Below, piece after piece: positions 9,702 to 20,083 of a stretch of 53,848 bases of DNA. Position numbers and translations under genes: made by a program. The DNA is from Kangiellaceae bacterium (lineage in GTDB: Bacteria; Pseudomonadota; Gammaproteobacteria; Enterobacterales; Kangiellaceae). Position 1 is the first letter of the stretch. Every line of letters starts with the position of its first letter. The stretch is from assembly GCA_041591085.1 (NCBI GenBank), contig JBFHSP010000001.1:1-53848 (forward strand), given 5' to 3'. The notes beneath the pieces were generated by a model that was not told where the DNA came from, searched no databases, and saw nothing but the letters and a program-made list of their open reading frames with translations.

Positions 9702-11873
9702 ATGAGTATCGATTTAAGCCAATTTCATCAAGTATTTTTCGAAGAGAGTTTCGAAGGGCTTGATATTATGGAGCAGGCCTTATTAGGTCTCGATCCAGAA
9801 AACTTTGAATCGGAAACAATCAATACCATTTTTAGAGCAGCACACTCAATTAAAGGAGGAAGCGCTACTTTTAAATTTAATCAAGTAGCTGACTTTACCC
9901 ATGTAATGGAAACGTTGTTGGATGAAATGCGTAATGGCGAGCGTCCTATAACCGTTACTTCTGTAGATTTATTGTTAAAGTCAGTCGATGTTTTGCGAGA
10001 AGTACTTGGTCTACTACAGCAAAAGGCCAAAGTCGATGAGTCGGTTTATAAAGCAATATTCGATCAATTGAATTCACTGATAGATAACGAACACTCGGTT
10101 GCTAATGAAACTGCAACTTCGACTGAAGAAGTCACGAACAGTGAAAATACAACAGCTACAAACAATTCGAGTACCCATTGGTTTATTGAATTTAAACCAC
10201 AGCCACAAATATTAAGAACGGGTAACGAGCCGATTCGCATGTTTCGTGAATTAGAGTCGTTTGGCGAGCTTGTGTGCGTCGCAGATATTTCCAACATTCC
10301 AACGCTTGCAGTACTTGAAGAAGACTCATGCTGCTTATCCTGGCGACTCGGCTTAGTGAGCAATGTTGAACGCTCGGCAATTGATGAAGTATTCGAGTGG
10401 GTGGCTGACGAGTGTGAGTTAGAAATTAAGCAAGTCAGTAAGATTGAACTCGAAGAGCTAATAAATGGAACTAAACTAGTAGATGCTGTTGATGTATCTG
10501 TTGAGCAAAAAGAGTCACAACAAACACAAGCAATCGAAGCTGCGAATGAGGCAAACGAAGGCAACCAAAAAGAAACTTCAAATGAAACGAATGAGGCGTC
10601 TGGTACTTCCATTCAAGTGCGACAATCTACCGATGTTAAATCAAATGAACAAGTAGCAACAACAGCGGTTAACACCGGTGGCAGTTCGATCCGGGTGGGA
10701 ATTGATAAAGTGGATAGCTTAATCAACTTGGTGGGAGAGTTAGTTATTACCCAATCGATGTTGACTCAAGTGAGTGATGATTTAACCAGTGCAAATATAG
10801 AACTTATCCGCGAAGGATTGGCTCAGCTCCAACAAAATACTCGAGAACTCCAAGAAAGCGTGATGCAAATACGGATGCTGCCGATCAGTTTTGTGTTTAA
10901 TCGTTTTCCAAGAATGGTTCGAGATTTGTCGGCTAAATTAAATAAAAAAGTTGAACTTATTATTAAAGGCGAAAATACCGAGCTCGATAAAACCGTAATG
11001 GAGCAAATTGGCGATCCATTAGTTCACTTAGTTCGCAACTCGATGGATCACGGTATTGAAACTCCTGAAGAGCGCTTATCAAAAGGAAAAGATCAAACCG
11101 GTGTCGTTGAGCTAAATGCATTTCATCAAGGCGGAAGTATTGTGATTGAAATAATTGATGATGGAGCAGGGATCAACAAAGATAAAGTTAAAGGAAAAGC
11201 TATCGAGAAAGGAATAATTAATACTGGAGATGAATTGTCCGATGAACAAATATTTCAGCTTATCTTTGAACCAGGTTTTTCAACGGCAGCGATAGTATCG
11301 GATGTATCGGGTCGTGGTGTAGGAATGGATGTGGTTAAGCAAAATATTTCTTCTTTAGGGGGAACCGTCGAGGTAACTTCAAAACCTGACAAAGGCAGTG
11401 TGTTTACTATTCGATTGCCATTGACTCTCGCTATTTTAGATGGGCAATTGGTACGAGTGGGAGACCAAATTTATATTATTCCACTAACTGCAGTCGTAGA
11501 GTCATTAGCAGTAAATCCAAAAGACATTGTTAGTGTCGCTGGCAGCATGGAAGTGTTTAAGTTACGTAATGTAGATGTGCCTATATTAAGGCTTTACGAA
11601 ACCTTTGGAATTAAACCAGAGAATACTGAATTTGATAACACCACTATTGTGGTGGTTGAGGGCGCTGGATTTCAAATGGGCTTTATGGTTGATGAACTAT
11701 TGGCACAGCAACAAGTGGTAATCAAAAGCTTAGAATCTAATTTTGTGGCTATAGAGGGAATATCAGGCGCGACGATTTTAGGTGATGGTCGTGTGGCTCT
11801 GATTTTAGATGTTTCTGGAATGCAAAGGCGAAGCGCTAGAGCTAAATACAAAAAACGAGCAAAAGTGGCATGA
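9702..11873 (+). CDS. cheA: Chemotaxis histidine kinase CheA (F7/Che2-type)
   Basis: Hpt FRAAHSIKGG, P2-like segment, SIRV dimerization domain, HLVRNSMDHG, SGRGVGMDVV, CheW domain. Confidence 0.95.
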   Translation: MSIDLSQFHQVFFEESFEGLDIMEQALLGLDPENFESETINTIFRAAHSIKGGSATFKFNQVADFTHVMETLLDEMRNGERPITVTSVDLLLKSVDVLREVLGLLQQKAKVDESVYKAIFDQLNSLIDNEHSVANETATSTEEVTNSENTTATNNSSTHWFIEFKPQPQILRTGNEPIRMFRELESFGELVCVADISNIPTLAVLEEDSCCLSWRLGLVSNVERSAIDEVFEWVADECELEIKQVSKIELEELINGTKLVDAVDVSVEQKESQQTQAIEAANEANEGNQKETSNETNEASGTSIQVRQSTDVKSNEQVATTAVNTGGSSIRVGIDKVDSLINLVGELVITQSMLTQVSDDLTSANIELIREGLAQLQQNTRELQESVMQIRMLPISFVFNRFPRMVRDLSAKLNKKVELIIKGENTELDKTVMEQIGDPLVHLVRNSMDHGIETPEERLSKGKDQTGVVELNAFHQGGSIVIEIIDDGAGINKDKVKGKAIEKGIINTGDELSDEQIFQLIFEPGFSTAAIVSDVSGRGVGMDVVKQNISSLGGTVEVTSKPDKGSVFTIRLPLTLAILDGQLVRVGDQIYIIPLTAVVESLAVNPKDIVSVAGSMEVFKLRNVDVPILRLYETFGIKPENTEFDNTTIVVVEGAGFQMGFMVDELLAQQQVVIKSLESNFVAIEGISGATILGDGRVALILDVSGMQRRSARAKYKKRAKVA

Positions 11874-12409
11874 GTACTGAAATTGTACCTTTAAAAATGA
11901 ACCTTCCAATGGAAATCGAACACGTTATAGATTCAAGCGATAGCCGACAGTTTTTGAGCTTTAAGCTTAATCATGAATATTACGGATTTGATATTTTAAA
12001 AGTGTGTGAAATAAGAGGATGGCAATTGCCTACCTTATTGCCAAACTCACCGGATTATATTAAAGGAGTCATTAATATAAGAGGCAATATTGTTCCCATT
12101 ATGAACCTGCGTGAAAAGTTTGGTTTTGAAATGAAAGCGCCCGATAAATCAACTGTGATTATCATACTTTCGGTCAATGAAGGAAAAAATGACAGAACAA
12201 TGGGGATCGTCGTTGATTCTGTCTCTGATGTGTTCAACTGTAATCAAAAAGATATCCGCAAAGCACCTGCCTCTGATAATGGTTTAGATAGCGCGTTTAT
12301 TGAAGGGCTTTGTGATTACTCTGGAGTAACACATGTTTTGATTAATGTGCCAGAGTTGCTGAAATTGAATGAAATATCAGAGCACTATCGTACTTCGGTG
12401 AATGCATGA
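11870..12409 (+). CDS. cheW: CheW coupling protein
   Basis: EIRGW, GVINIRGNIVPI, GIVVDSVSDV. Confidence 0.9.
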   Translation: MSTEIVPLKMNLPMEIEHVIDSSDSRQFLSFKLNHEYYGFDILKVCEIRGWQLPTLLPNSPDYIKGVINIRGNIVPIMNLREKFGFEMKAPDKSTVIIILSVNEGKNDRTMGIVVDSVSDVFNCNQKDIRKAPASDNGLDSAFIEGLCDYSGVTHVLINVPELLKLNEISEHYRTSVNA

Positions 12410-12888
12410 GCACTTCAGTCAAAACTAAAAGTAATATAGTTCAGTATTTATCATTTATTGTTGATAACGAAGAATATTGTGTTGATATTTTGCACGTTCA
12501 AGAGATAAGAGGTTGGGAAAAACCAAAACCCATACCTAAAGCGCCAAAATACTTGAAAGGCGTTTTAAATTTGAGAAGTCAAGTGATTCCAGTAGTTGAT
12601 TTACGGCTCAGATTTGACTTGGAAGAAAAGGAATATACTAAAACTACGGTCGTTATATTCTTAAAAGTAGATGCTCTACAACAAATAGTTGGGCTAGTGG
12701 TTGATGCGGTTTCTGAGGTTTATAGCGTGGCTTCCTCTCAAATTAAACCCAGTCCAGAAATTGCAGAATCTGAAGACAGTAAGTACATCGATGCTTTGGC
12801 CTTAATTGGTGAAAAAATGATAGCCGTCATTAATATGGATAAAGTATTTGATAAAGAATTATTAACCCAATTTAACGAGCAGCATTAA
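12406..12888 (+). CDS. cheW: CheW coupling protein (second tandem copy)
   Basis: [36 protein letters not shown]. Confidence 0.9.
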   Translation: MSTSVKTKSNIVQYLSFIVDNEEYCVDILHVQEIRGWEKPKPIPKAPKYLKGVLNLRSQVIPVVDLRLRFDLEEKEYTKTTVVIFLKVDALQQIVGLVVDAVSEVYSVASSQIKPSPEIAESEDSKYIDALALIGEKMIAVINMDKVFDKELLTQFNEQH

Positions 12889-12908
12889 TTAGTTATCGGA
12901 GAAGCTCC

Positions 12909-15059
12909 ATGTTATCAAGGTTTTTTAGAAAAGAAGATTCAATTTCACTAGAGTCGATGAAATCTTCATTAGTTGATTTAACTACTGTTAATTTAATGAT
13001 TGCGGACTTAGATGGCAATATTATTTATCTGAATGAAGCTGTAAAAGACATGTTGTCAGCTCGTGAGGCAGAATTAAAAAATGCGCTGCCGGGTTTTAGT
13101 GTAAACAGTATTCTCGGAGGGAGTTTTGATCGCTATCATAAAAACCCCAGCCACCAGAAAAGCTTATTGGCTGACGAACGCAATCTCCCTTATACCAGTG
13201 ATATTTCAATCGCAGACTTACATTTTAGATTAAATGCTTTTGCCCTAAAAGACGATAGCGGTAAGCACATTGCAAATGCAGTTCAGTGGACCGATATTAC
13301 AGAGCAAAAAATAAAAGATCTAGAAATTGGCCGTCTAACCTCGACGGTAAAAAACGCCACAGTCAATATCATGATGTGTGATAACAACTTTAATATCACC
13401 TATATGAATCCATCCTTAGTTAAAACTTTAAAAAGACGAGAATTGCAGATCAAAGAAACATTCTCTCATTTTGAAGTTGACAAGTTAATCGGTCGAAACA
13501 TTGATAGCTTTCATCAAAATCCTGCACATCAAAGACGCATATTAATGGATGAATCAAACTTGCCATTTAAATCTGACATTACAGTTTCAGGTATCCGATT
13601 TCGATTGACCGCTTTTTCATTGATGGATAGCAATGGAGAAAGAATCGGTAATTGTGTGCAATGGGAAGACTTGATGTCCGATAAAGAATTTGCCAATTTT
13701 GCGGGGCAAATCGAAGCAATTCATAAATCCAGTGCAGTGATTGAGTTTAGCCTAGATGGAAAAATATTGACTGCAAATGAGAATTTCTTAGATGTCATGA
13801 AATACTCACTAGACGAAATTAAGGGGAAGCACCACAAAATGTTTGTTACTTCTGATGAAGTAAATAGTCGAGAGTATAAAGAGCATTGGGACTCTCTTGC
13901 CCGAGGGGAGTTTGCATCTGGCGAGTATTTACGAGTTGCCAAAGATGGTTCAGAAGTTTGGATACAAGCTTCCTATAATCCTATTTTTGATATGTACGGC
14001 AAACCTTTTAAAGTAGTTAAATACGCGACGGATATTACGTTGAAGAAAAGCGCTATTGTGGCGATTAGGGATTCTTTAGGTGCTCTCGCTGAAGGTGATT
14101 TAACCAAGTATATAGAGCAAAACGTGGATCCAGACTTTTTGCCGCTTAAAAGCTCCATGAATGCAACCATGGAAAAGCTTAATGAGCTTGTTGAGTCTAT
14201 TATCGAAGCGAGTAGTCAAGTTTCCGCTTCGGCTCGAGAAATTGCTATGGGTAATGCCGACTTAAGTCAACGGACTGAACAGCAAGCATCGAGTTTAGAG
14301 GAAACTTCTTCTAGCATGGAGGAGTTTACCGGTGCTGTTAAGTTGAATGCGGAAAATGCAAAAAATGCTGCATCGCTCGCTCTAAACGCTAAAACCTTGG
14401 CTGAAAAGGGCGGTGCGGTTGTCAATCGAGCTGTTACTGCGATGAAAGAGATCGAAGCTTCTTCTAAAAAAATTGCAGATATCATAGGTGTTATTGACGA
14501 AATCGCTTTCCAAACAAACTTACTCGCGCTGAATGCCTCAGTTGAAGCCGCTCGAGCGGGAGAGCAAGGAAGAGGTTTCGCTGTTGTTGCTTCTGAGGTA
14601 AGAAATTTAGCGCAACGTTCTGCTAATGCAGCGAAAGAGATAAAAGACTTAATTCAAGACAGTGTTACCAAAGTCAATAGCGGTACTAAATTAGTCAATG
14701 ATTCTGGTTCAACATTAGAAGAAATTGTTGGAAGTGTGGTTAATGTAAGCACAATCATTAGTGATATTGATGGCGCTTCAGAAGAACAAATATTGGGTAT
14801 TTCCCAGGTCAACCAAGCGGTTGGTCAAATGGATGAAATGACTCAACAAAATGCGGCACTGGTTGAAGAAGCCGCGGCTTCGGCAGAGTCTCTAGAAGAG
14901 CAAGCTATTGCACTATTAAATATGATGAAGTCCTTTAAAACTAAACGAGGAGACAAAGATAAATCTGGCAGTGCGATTCGGTCTCCAATTAGGAAGCAAC
15001 AGAAAACTTCTAGCTTATCGAATTGGAAAGATGACGATGATGAGTGGAAAGAATTCTAG
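12909..15059 (+). CDS. Soluble Aer2-like methyl-accepting chemotaxis protein with three PAS domains
   Basis: No TM segment; PAS1/PAS2 with HxNPxHQ and VQWxD, PAS3 of BdlA/AerC type, HAMP-like segment, signalling tip [31 protein letters not shown]-terminal EWKEF. Confidence 0.9.
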   Translation: MLSRFFRKEDSISLESMKSSLVDLTTVNLMIADLDGNIIYLNEAVKDMLSAREAELKNALPGFSVNSILGGSFDRYHKNPSHQKSLLADERNLPYTSDISIADLHFRLNAFALKDDSGKHIANAVQWTDITEQKIKDLEIGRLTSTVKNATVNIMMCDNNFNITYMNPSLVKTLKRRELQIKETFSHFEVDKLIGRNIDSFHQNPAHQRRILMDESNLPFKSDITVSGIRFRLTAFSLMDSNGERIGNCVQWEDLMSDKEFANFAGQIEAIHKSSAVIEFSLDGKILTANENFLDVMKYSLDEIKGKHHKMFVTSDEVNSREYKEHWDSLARGEFASGEYLRVAKDGSEVWIQASYNPIFDMYGKPFKVVKYATDITLKKSAIVAIRDSLGALAEGDLTKYIEQNVDPDFLPLKSSMNATMEKLNELVESIIEASSQVSASAREIAMGNADLSQRTEQQASSLEETSSSMEEFTGAVKLNAENAKNAASLALNAKTLAEKGGAVVNRAVTAMKEIEASSKKIADIIGVIDEIAFQTNLLALNASVEAARAGEQGRGFAVVASEVRNLAQRSANAAKEIKDLIQDSVTKVNSGTKLVNDSGSTLEEIVGSVVNVSTIISDIDGASEEQILGISQVNQAVGQMDEMTQQNAALVEEAAASAESLEEQAIALLNMMKSFKTKRGDKDKSGSAIRSPIRKQQKTSSLSNWKDDDDEWKEF

Positions 15060-15079
15060 TTTTTTTGGGGTTTCGTTAA

Positions 15080-15904
15080 GTGGTCGGCAGAGAGTTTGTT
15101 TTTACTGATTCTGATTTTAAGAGGGTTAAAACGTCAGTTTTTGATCTGGCTGGCATTAGCTTAAGTGATCATAAATTCCAAATGGTGTACAGCCGTTTGG
15201 CAAGACGATTAAGAGCAGTTGGTATAAATAAAGTTAAAGATTATCTTGACTTAGTGGAGGATAACACTGAAGAAAGGGTGAAGTTTATTAATGCAGTTAC
15301 TACTAATCTCACTTATTTTTTTAGAGAAAATCATCATTTTGAATTTGTATCAAGTACTCTGCTAAAACAGTGGGAGAATACTCACTCGCATGATAAAAAA
15401 ATTAGAATATGGAGTGCTGGATGCAGTACCGGAGAAGAGCCTTATACCTTGGCCTATAGTATTGATTCGCTTGTTTCAAAATTCCCCAATTGGGATATCA
15501 AAATATTGGCAACTGATCTGGATACCAATGTTTTAGCTAAAGCTAAACTTGGAGTCTACTCAGAAGAAAAGCTAGAAAAAATTTCTCCAAAAATTATTAA
15601 TGATATGTTTGTAAAGACTGAAAGTGGATTTCAAGTTAAGCAAAAGTTTAGGGATTGTATCACCTTTAAACAGCTTAATTTGATGGAGCCTTGGCCAATG
15701 CGCGGTAAATTTGATCTTATTTTTTGTCGAAATGTACTCATTTACTTTAATAAAGATACTCAACAAAAGTTACTCTCTCGTTATGCTGAGTTATTGCATG
15801 ATAGTGGAGTGCTTATTTTGGGCCATTCAGAGTCAATTGGAGCTCAAGGGACTTACTTTAAGAGTTTTGGTAAAACCATTTTTCAAAAGCACGGTGGTGA
15901 TTAA
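15080..15904 (+). CDS. cheR: Chemoreceptor methyltransferase CheR
   Basis: TTNLTYFFRE, IWSAGCSTGEEPY, IFCRNVLIYF, GHSE; GTG start. Confidence 0.95.
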   Translation: MVGREFVFTDSDFKRVKTSVFDLAGISLSDHKFQMVYSRLARRLRAVGINKVKDYLDLVEDNTEERVKFINAVTTNLTYFFRENHHFEFVSSTLLKQWENTHSHDKKIRIWSAGCSTGEEPYTLAYSIDSLVSKFPNWDIKILATDLDTNVLAKAKLGVYSEEKLEKISPKIINDMFVKTESGFQVKQKFRDCITFKQLNLMEPWPMRGKFDLIFCRNVLIYFNKDTQQKLLSRYAELLHDSGVLILGHSESIGAQGTYFKSFGKTIFQKHGGD

Positions 15905-16546
15905 ATGGTTTCATCGATCAAGCCGCCTATGCCAAATTGCTTTCAAGGCTTTGAAAACATTAATCGATATTATGATAGAGCTAATCATATTTACGCTGCA
16001 AAAATTAAACCCGGTGAGTTTTATGTGACTAATCAAGAAGAAGTGATTGTAACGGTCTTAGGATCATGTATTTCTGTGTGTCTTACCGATAGGAAAAACA
16101 GAATAGGTGGTATGAATCACTTTATGCTTCCAGTTAATGCAAAAGATAACCAATCTTGGCGTGAAGTGAATAGTTTGTCCGCTCGTTACGGAAACTTTGC
16201 CATGGAGTTTCTTATAAACAACATTATCCGCAATGGAGGTGAAAGGCGTTACTTAGAAGCCAAACTCTTTGGAGGTGCAAGGGTTATTGCCAGAATGTCC
16301 GATGTGGGTGAAAAAAACATTGCTTTTATTAGACAGTATACTGCGTCGGAAGCTTTAAAAGTGATCGCGGAAGATATGGGGGGAGAGCGTCCTAGAAAGT
16401 TAGTTTATAATCCGTTAACCGGTGCAGTGCGTTTAAAAATGTTAAAAACGCTACAAAATGATACTTTGGTGCAAAGAGAAAATAACTACTTGCATGATCT
16501 TGAAGTCGAAGAATCTGCTACCGGTGAAATAGAGTTGTTTGATTGA
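15905..16546 (+). CDS. cheD: Chemoreceptor glutamine deamidase CheD
   Basis: TVLGSC, GGMNHFMLP, AKLFGG. Confidence 0.93.
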   Translation: MVSSIKPPMPNCFQGFENINRYYDRANHIYAAKIKPGEFYVTNQEEVIVTVLGSCISVCLTDRKNRIGGMNHFMLPVNAKDNQSWREVNSLSARYGNFAMEFLINNIIRNGGERRYLEAKLFGGARVIARMSDVGEKNIAFIRQYTASEALKVIAEDMGGERPRKLVYNPLTGAVRLKMLKTLQNDTLVQRENNYLHDLEVEESATGEIELFD

Positions 16547-16548
16547 AT

Positions 16549-17583
16549 ATGAAAAGAATTAGCGTATTAATTGTTGATGATTCTGCATTGATTAGGTTGC
16601 TTTTAACCGAGATTTTATCGAGTGATAAACAGATCAAAGTGGTTGGTACCGCCGTTGACGCATTTGATGCGCGCGAAAAAATTAAAAAGTTAAATCCTGA
16701 TGTCATAACTTTAGACATTGAAATGCCCAAAATGGATGGTATCACTTTTTTGGGAAATTTAATGCGGCTAAGACCTATGCCCGTCATTATGGTTTCGTCT
16801 TTAACTGAAAAGGGCGGCGATATCACAATGCAGGCATTGGAGTTGGGAGCATTCGACTTTGTCAGTAAACCTAAAGAAGATATAGTTGAAAACTTCAAGA
16901 CTTATGCTGAAGAAATTATTGATAAAGTAAAAGCCGCAGCTCGCTCGAAAGTAGCCAATTTCAATGATGCTTTTGTAGCAAAGATTGCTAGTCCGGTTGG
17001 AATCTCAAAATCAAAGATTAAGCTAATCGGGATAGGTGCATCAACAGGTGGCACTGAAGCAATTAAACAACTTTTAATGGCTTTACCTACAGGGCTTCCT
17101 CCCATTGTTATTGCCCAACATATTCCTGACGTTTTCTCAACTTCTTATGCGAGAAGACTCGATTCAATGTGTGATATTGATGTAATAGAGGTGAGAGAAA
17201 AGCAGCCATTGCTTCCCGGAAAAGCGTATTTGGCACCCGGTGATGATCACCTAATAATAACTAACGAGGAAGGAAGGTTCGTAGCGGTCGTCGAAAAAAC
17301 GGCTCCTGTAAACCGACATCGACCTTCTGTTGATGTGTTGTTTCAGTCTATTGCACAATCGTGCCCCAAAAACAGCGTTGGAATTTTACTCACTGGTATG
17401 GGGGTAGATGGCGCAAAAGGATTAAAAGACATGCTCGAAACTGGTTCTATCACGATTGCCCAAGACAAAGAAACCAGTATCGTATGGGGTATGCCTGGGG
17501 CCGCTGTTGCGTTAAATGCCGCTAATAAAGTACTGCCGTTGCATAAAATTGCTGAAGGGTTACTTCGGATTCTTTCAAGTTAA
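16549..17583 (+). CDS. cheB: Methylesterase response regulator CheB (F7 cluster)
   Basis: REC plus GASTGG, QHIP, HRPSVD, LTGMGVDGA; start ATG 16549 or TTG 16543. Confidence 0.95.
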   Translation: MKRISVLIVDDSALIRLLLTEILSSDKQIKVVGTAVDAFDAREKIKKLNPDVITLDIEMPKMDGITFLGNLMRLRPMPVIMVSSLTEKGGDITMQALELGAFDFVSKPKEDIVENFKTYAEEIIDKVKAAARSKVANFNDAFVAKIASPVGISKSKIKLIGIGASTGGTEAIKQLLMALPTGLPPIVIAQHIPDVFSTSYARRLDSMCDIDVIEVREKQPLLPGKAYLAPGDDHLIITNEEGRFVAVVEKTAPVNRHRPSVDVLFQSIAQSCPKNSVGILLTGMGVDGAKGLKDMLETGSITIAQDKETSIVWGMPGAAVALNAANKVLPLHKIAEGLLRILSS

Positions 17584-17711
17584 GCCCGAACTTTTATATA
17601 AGAGAGCTTGTTATCAAAAATTTGCATACTTTAATGTGGCGAAATTCGAAGCATCTTCTATTATTTACACATACAAAGCGATTGACCAAAACCTGTACCA
17701 AGGAGTTCCTA

Positions 17712-18011
17712 ATGGCAGTAACCAGCATCAGTGATGGCACTGAATTAACCATAAAAGTCAGTGGTAAATTTGACTTTAGCTGTCATCAAGATTTTAGAGG
17801 TGCTTACGAAGATCAAGAAAGTAAGCCTGAATCTTTTAAAATCGACCTTGCTGAGACAACTTATTTAGATTCGTCAGCGCTAGGAATGCTGCTGTTACTT
17901 CGTGATTTTGCAGGAGGAGACTCGGCTTCTATTTCCATTGTAAATTGCAACAGTGATATTAAAAAGATTTTAGCCATTTCAAACTTCGAGCAGCTGTTCA
18001 CTATCGCTTAA
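17712..18011 (+). CDS. hsbA: STAS anti-anti-sigma factor, HsbA/CrsA-like
   Basis: GKFDFS, TYLDSSALGMLLLLRD, ILAISNFEQLF; RBS AAGGAG supports ATG 17712 over the track start 17622. Confidence 0.85.
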   Translation: MAVTSISDGTELTIKVSGKFDFSCHQDFRGAYEDQESKPESFKIDLAETTYLDSSALGMLLLLRDFAGGDSASISIVNCNSDIKKILAISNFEQLFTIA

Positions 18012-18034
18012 AAAGCTAGTATGGCTTTTATGAT

Positions 18035-19723
18035 ATGAATATCCTGATCGCAGAAGATAACTTTAGCGACCGGTTGATTTTAAAACGGATTGTTGAGACT
18101 CAGGGACATACAGTTTTTGAAGCTGAAAATGGACAGGTCGCTTTAGAGGTTTTTCAACAACATAAGCCCGATATTATATTACTTGATGCCTTAATGCCTT
18201 TAATGGATGGCTTCGAAGTCGCCAAAATAGTTAAGAGCAGAAGTGAAGATCGTTTTGTTCCCATTATATTTATAACTTCGCTAGCCGATACTGAGTCATT
18301 GGTTCGTTGTATTGAGGCGGGAGGCGATGATTTTTTCATCAAACCCTTTAATAAAATAATTCTTGAAGCAAAAATTAAAGCTTTTGGCCGCGCTCAAGAA
18401 TTGAACAAAACCGTGATTCTGCAAAAGGAAGAAATTCGTTTTCATAACGAGCACCTTATACAAGAACAGAAAATAGCCAAGCGAATATTTGATAATATTG
18501 CACACAAAGGGGTTTTAGATGAGCCCTTTATTAAGTACTCCATTTCACCGATGTCCATTTTTAATGGTGATATTGTCTTAGCGGCCAAGCGTCCGCTTGG
18601 CGGGGTTAATATATTAGTGGGAGATTTTACTGGACATGGTTTGCCTGCTTCGATAGGAGCTATGCCAGCGAGTGAAATATTTTTTGGAATGACTGCTAAG
18701 GGATTTCAATTGTATGAAATTATTAAAGAACTCAACTTTCGCTTAAATAATATTTTACCAACCGGTTTTTTTTGTTGTTGTTTTGTTGCAGAGGTTGACT
18801 TTCAAGAGCAAACACTGCGATACATTAATGCCGGGTTACCCGATGCTTATATTTCATATAAAGATCAACGCGAGCTGGTTGAGTTGCCCTCTAAACATTT
18901 GCCCCTTGGAATCTTACCTAAAAGTGGTTTTGAACCAAAAATTCAACTTTTGAATTTTCATGCCGGAGATAACCTTATCGTGTTCAGTGATGGCGTACCC
19001 GAAGCTCTCAATAGATACGATGAGCAGTTTGGGGTGGAGCGAGTTAAAAACGCTGTGTTAATGGGCAGTCAAAAAGGGGATTGTTTTGACTCATTGTTAA
19101 CGGAATTGCATGACTTTCAAGGGGAATACGCGCAGGATGACGATATAACTATAATTCAAATATGTCCTCCAGCAGAAAATCAACGTGTTTTTAATCAATC
19201 TGAGTTTTCATTTAATTCGACTGAAGGAGCGAGCGATTCAGAGTTAACCTTAAGGCTTGGGCCTGAAAGTTTAAAAAATTTTAATCCGTTGCCTATGTTT
19301 ACTCAGTTTTTAATGGAGATTGGTAATTTAAGACATTTTCGAACTCAAATACTTACCATACTTACGGAGTTATACTCGAATGCATTAGAACATGGCGTAT
19401 TGGGTTTAAGCTCTAGTTTAAAGCGATCTTCAGAAGGGTTCGTTCAGTATTATCAAGAGAGAGAATCACGGCTAGCAAATTTAAGCGAGGGTTGGATATC
19501 GATTTATTTGAAACATGAAAACTCCATAGATGGTGGTGTTTTATCCATGCAATTCTCCGATAGTGGCAAAGGGTTTGATTTTCAAGCCGTATTAAAAAAG
19601 AAAGAATCAGAAAAGTTGAGTGGCCGAGGCTATCAGTTTATAAAGAAATTGGCACAATCTATGGAATTTAGTGATAATGGTTCCACAGTTTTAGTGACTT
19701 TTAAATCAATAGTGGAAGGGTAG
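18035..19723 (+). CDS. hsbR: REC-PP2C(SpoIIE)-Ser kinase/anti-sigma regulator, HsbR/CrsR-like
   Basis: REC (LLDALMP), PP2C (FNGD, GDFTGHG, SDGVPE, DDITI), GHKL kinase (ELYSNALEHG, DSGKGFD, SGRG). Confidence 0.88.
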   Translation: MNILIAEDNFSDRLILKRIVETQGHTVFEAENGQVALEVFQQHKPDIILLDALMPLMDGFEVAKIVKSRSEDRFVPIIFITSLADTESLVRCIEAGGDDFFIKPFNKIILEAKIKAFGRAQELNKTVILQKEEIRFHNEHLIQEQKIAKRIFDNIAHKGVLDEPFIKYSISPMSIFNGDIVLAAKRPLGGVNILVGDFTGHGLPASIGAMPASEIFFGMTAKGFQLYEIIKELNFRLNNILPTGFFCCCFVAEVDFQEQTLRYINAGLPDAYISYKDQRELVELPSKHLPLGILPKSGFEPKIQLLNFHAGDNLIVFSDGVPEALNRYDEQFGVERVKNAVLMGSQKGDCFDSLLTELHDFQGEYAQDDDITIIQICPPAENQRVFNQSEFSFNSTEGASDSELTLRLGPESLKNFNPLPMFTQFLMEIGNLRHFRTQILTILTELYSNALEHGVLGLSSSLKRSSEGFVQYYQERESRLANLSEGWISIYLKHENSIDGGVLSMQFSDSGKGFDFQAVLKKKESEKLSGRGYQFIKKLAQSMEFSDNGSTVLVTFKSIVEG

Positions 19724-19724
19724 T

Positions 19725-20042
19725 ATGAGAGAAACCATTGAACAACTGAAAGAATTACTTGGATCAGATTTTGCGCTTTTAGTTTCAGCATTTGATCAAG
19801 ATAATCGAGTTCACTTAAACTCACTTGAGGGATTAATTAGTTCGGGTGATCATCAACAAGTGTCTCGAGAGGCTCACAGTATCAAAGGAGCTAGCAGTAA
19901 CCTCGGTGCTTTAGAGTTAGCTGATTTATGTCAGCAACTAGAAAGCTCTGCAAAGCAAGGAGATTTGTCGAGAGCTTCGGATCTGCTAGAAAAAATTAAG
20001 GTAGAGTTTGAAGTAGTCATTGAAGTTTTGAAGTCAGCCTAA
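19725..20042 (+). CDS. hptB: Stand-alone histidine phosphotransfer protein, HptB-like
   Basis: AHSIKGASSNLGA Hpt motif; follows hsbA-hsbR and precedes fliK. Confidence 0.85.
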   Translation: MRETIEQLKELLGSDFALLVSAFDQDNRVHLNSLEGLISSGDHQQVSREAHSIKGASSNLGALELADLCQQLESSAKQGDLSRASDLLEKIKVEFEVVIEVLKSA

Positions 20043-20083
20043 AACGTTGAAAGTCTCTCCCCCATTTTTTCACCAAGCTCTAT

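Noticed and set aside
10064-10612. 182-aa antisense ORF
   Set aside because: Ser-rich shadow of the Glu-rich cheA linker; no motifs.
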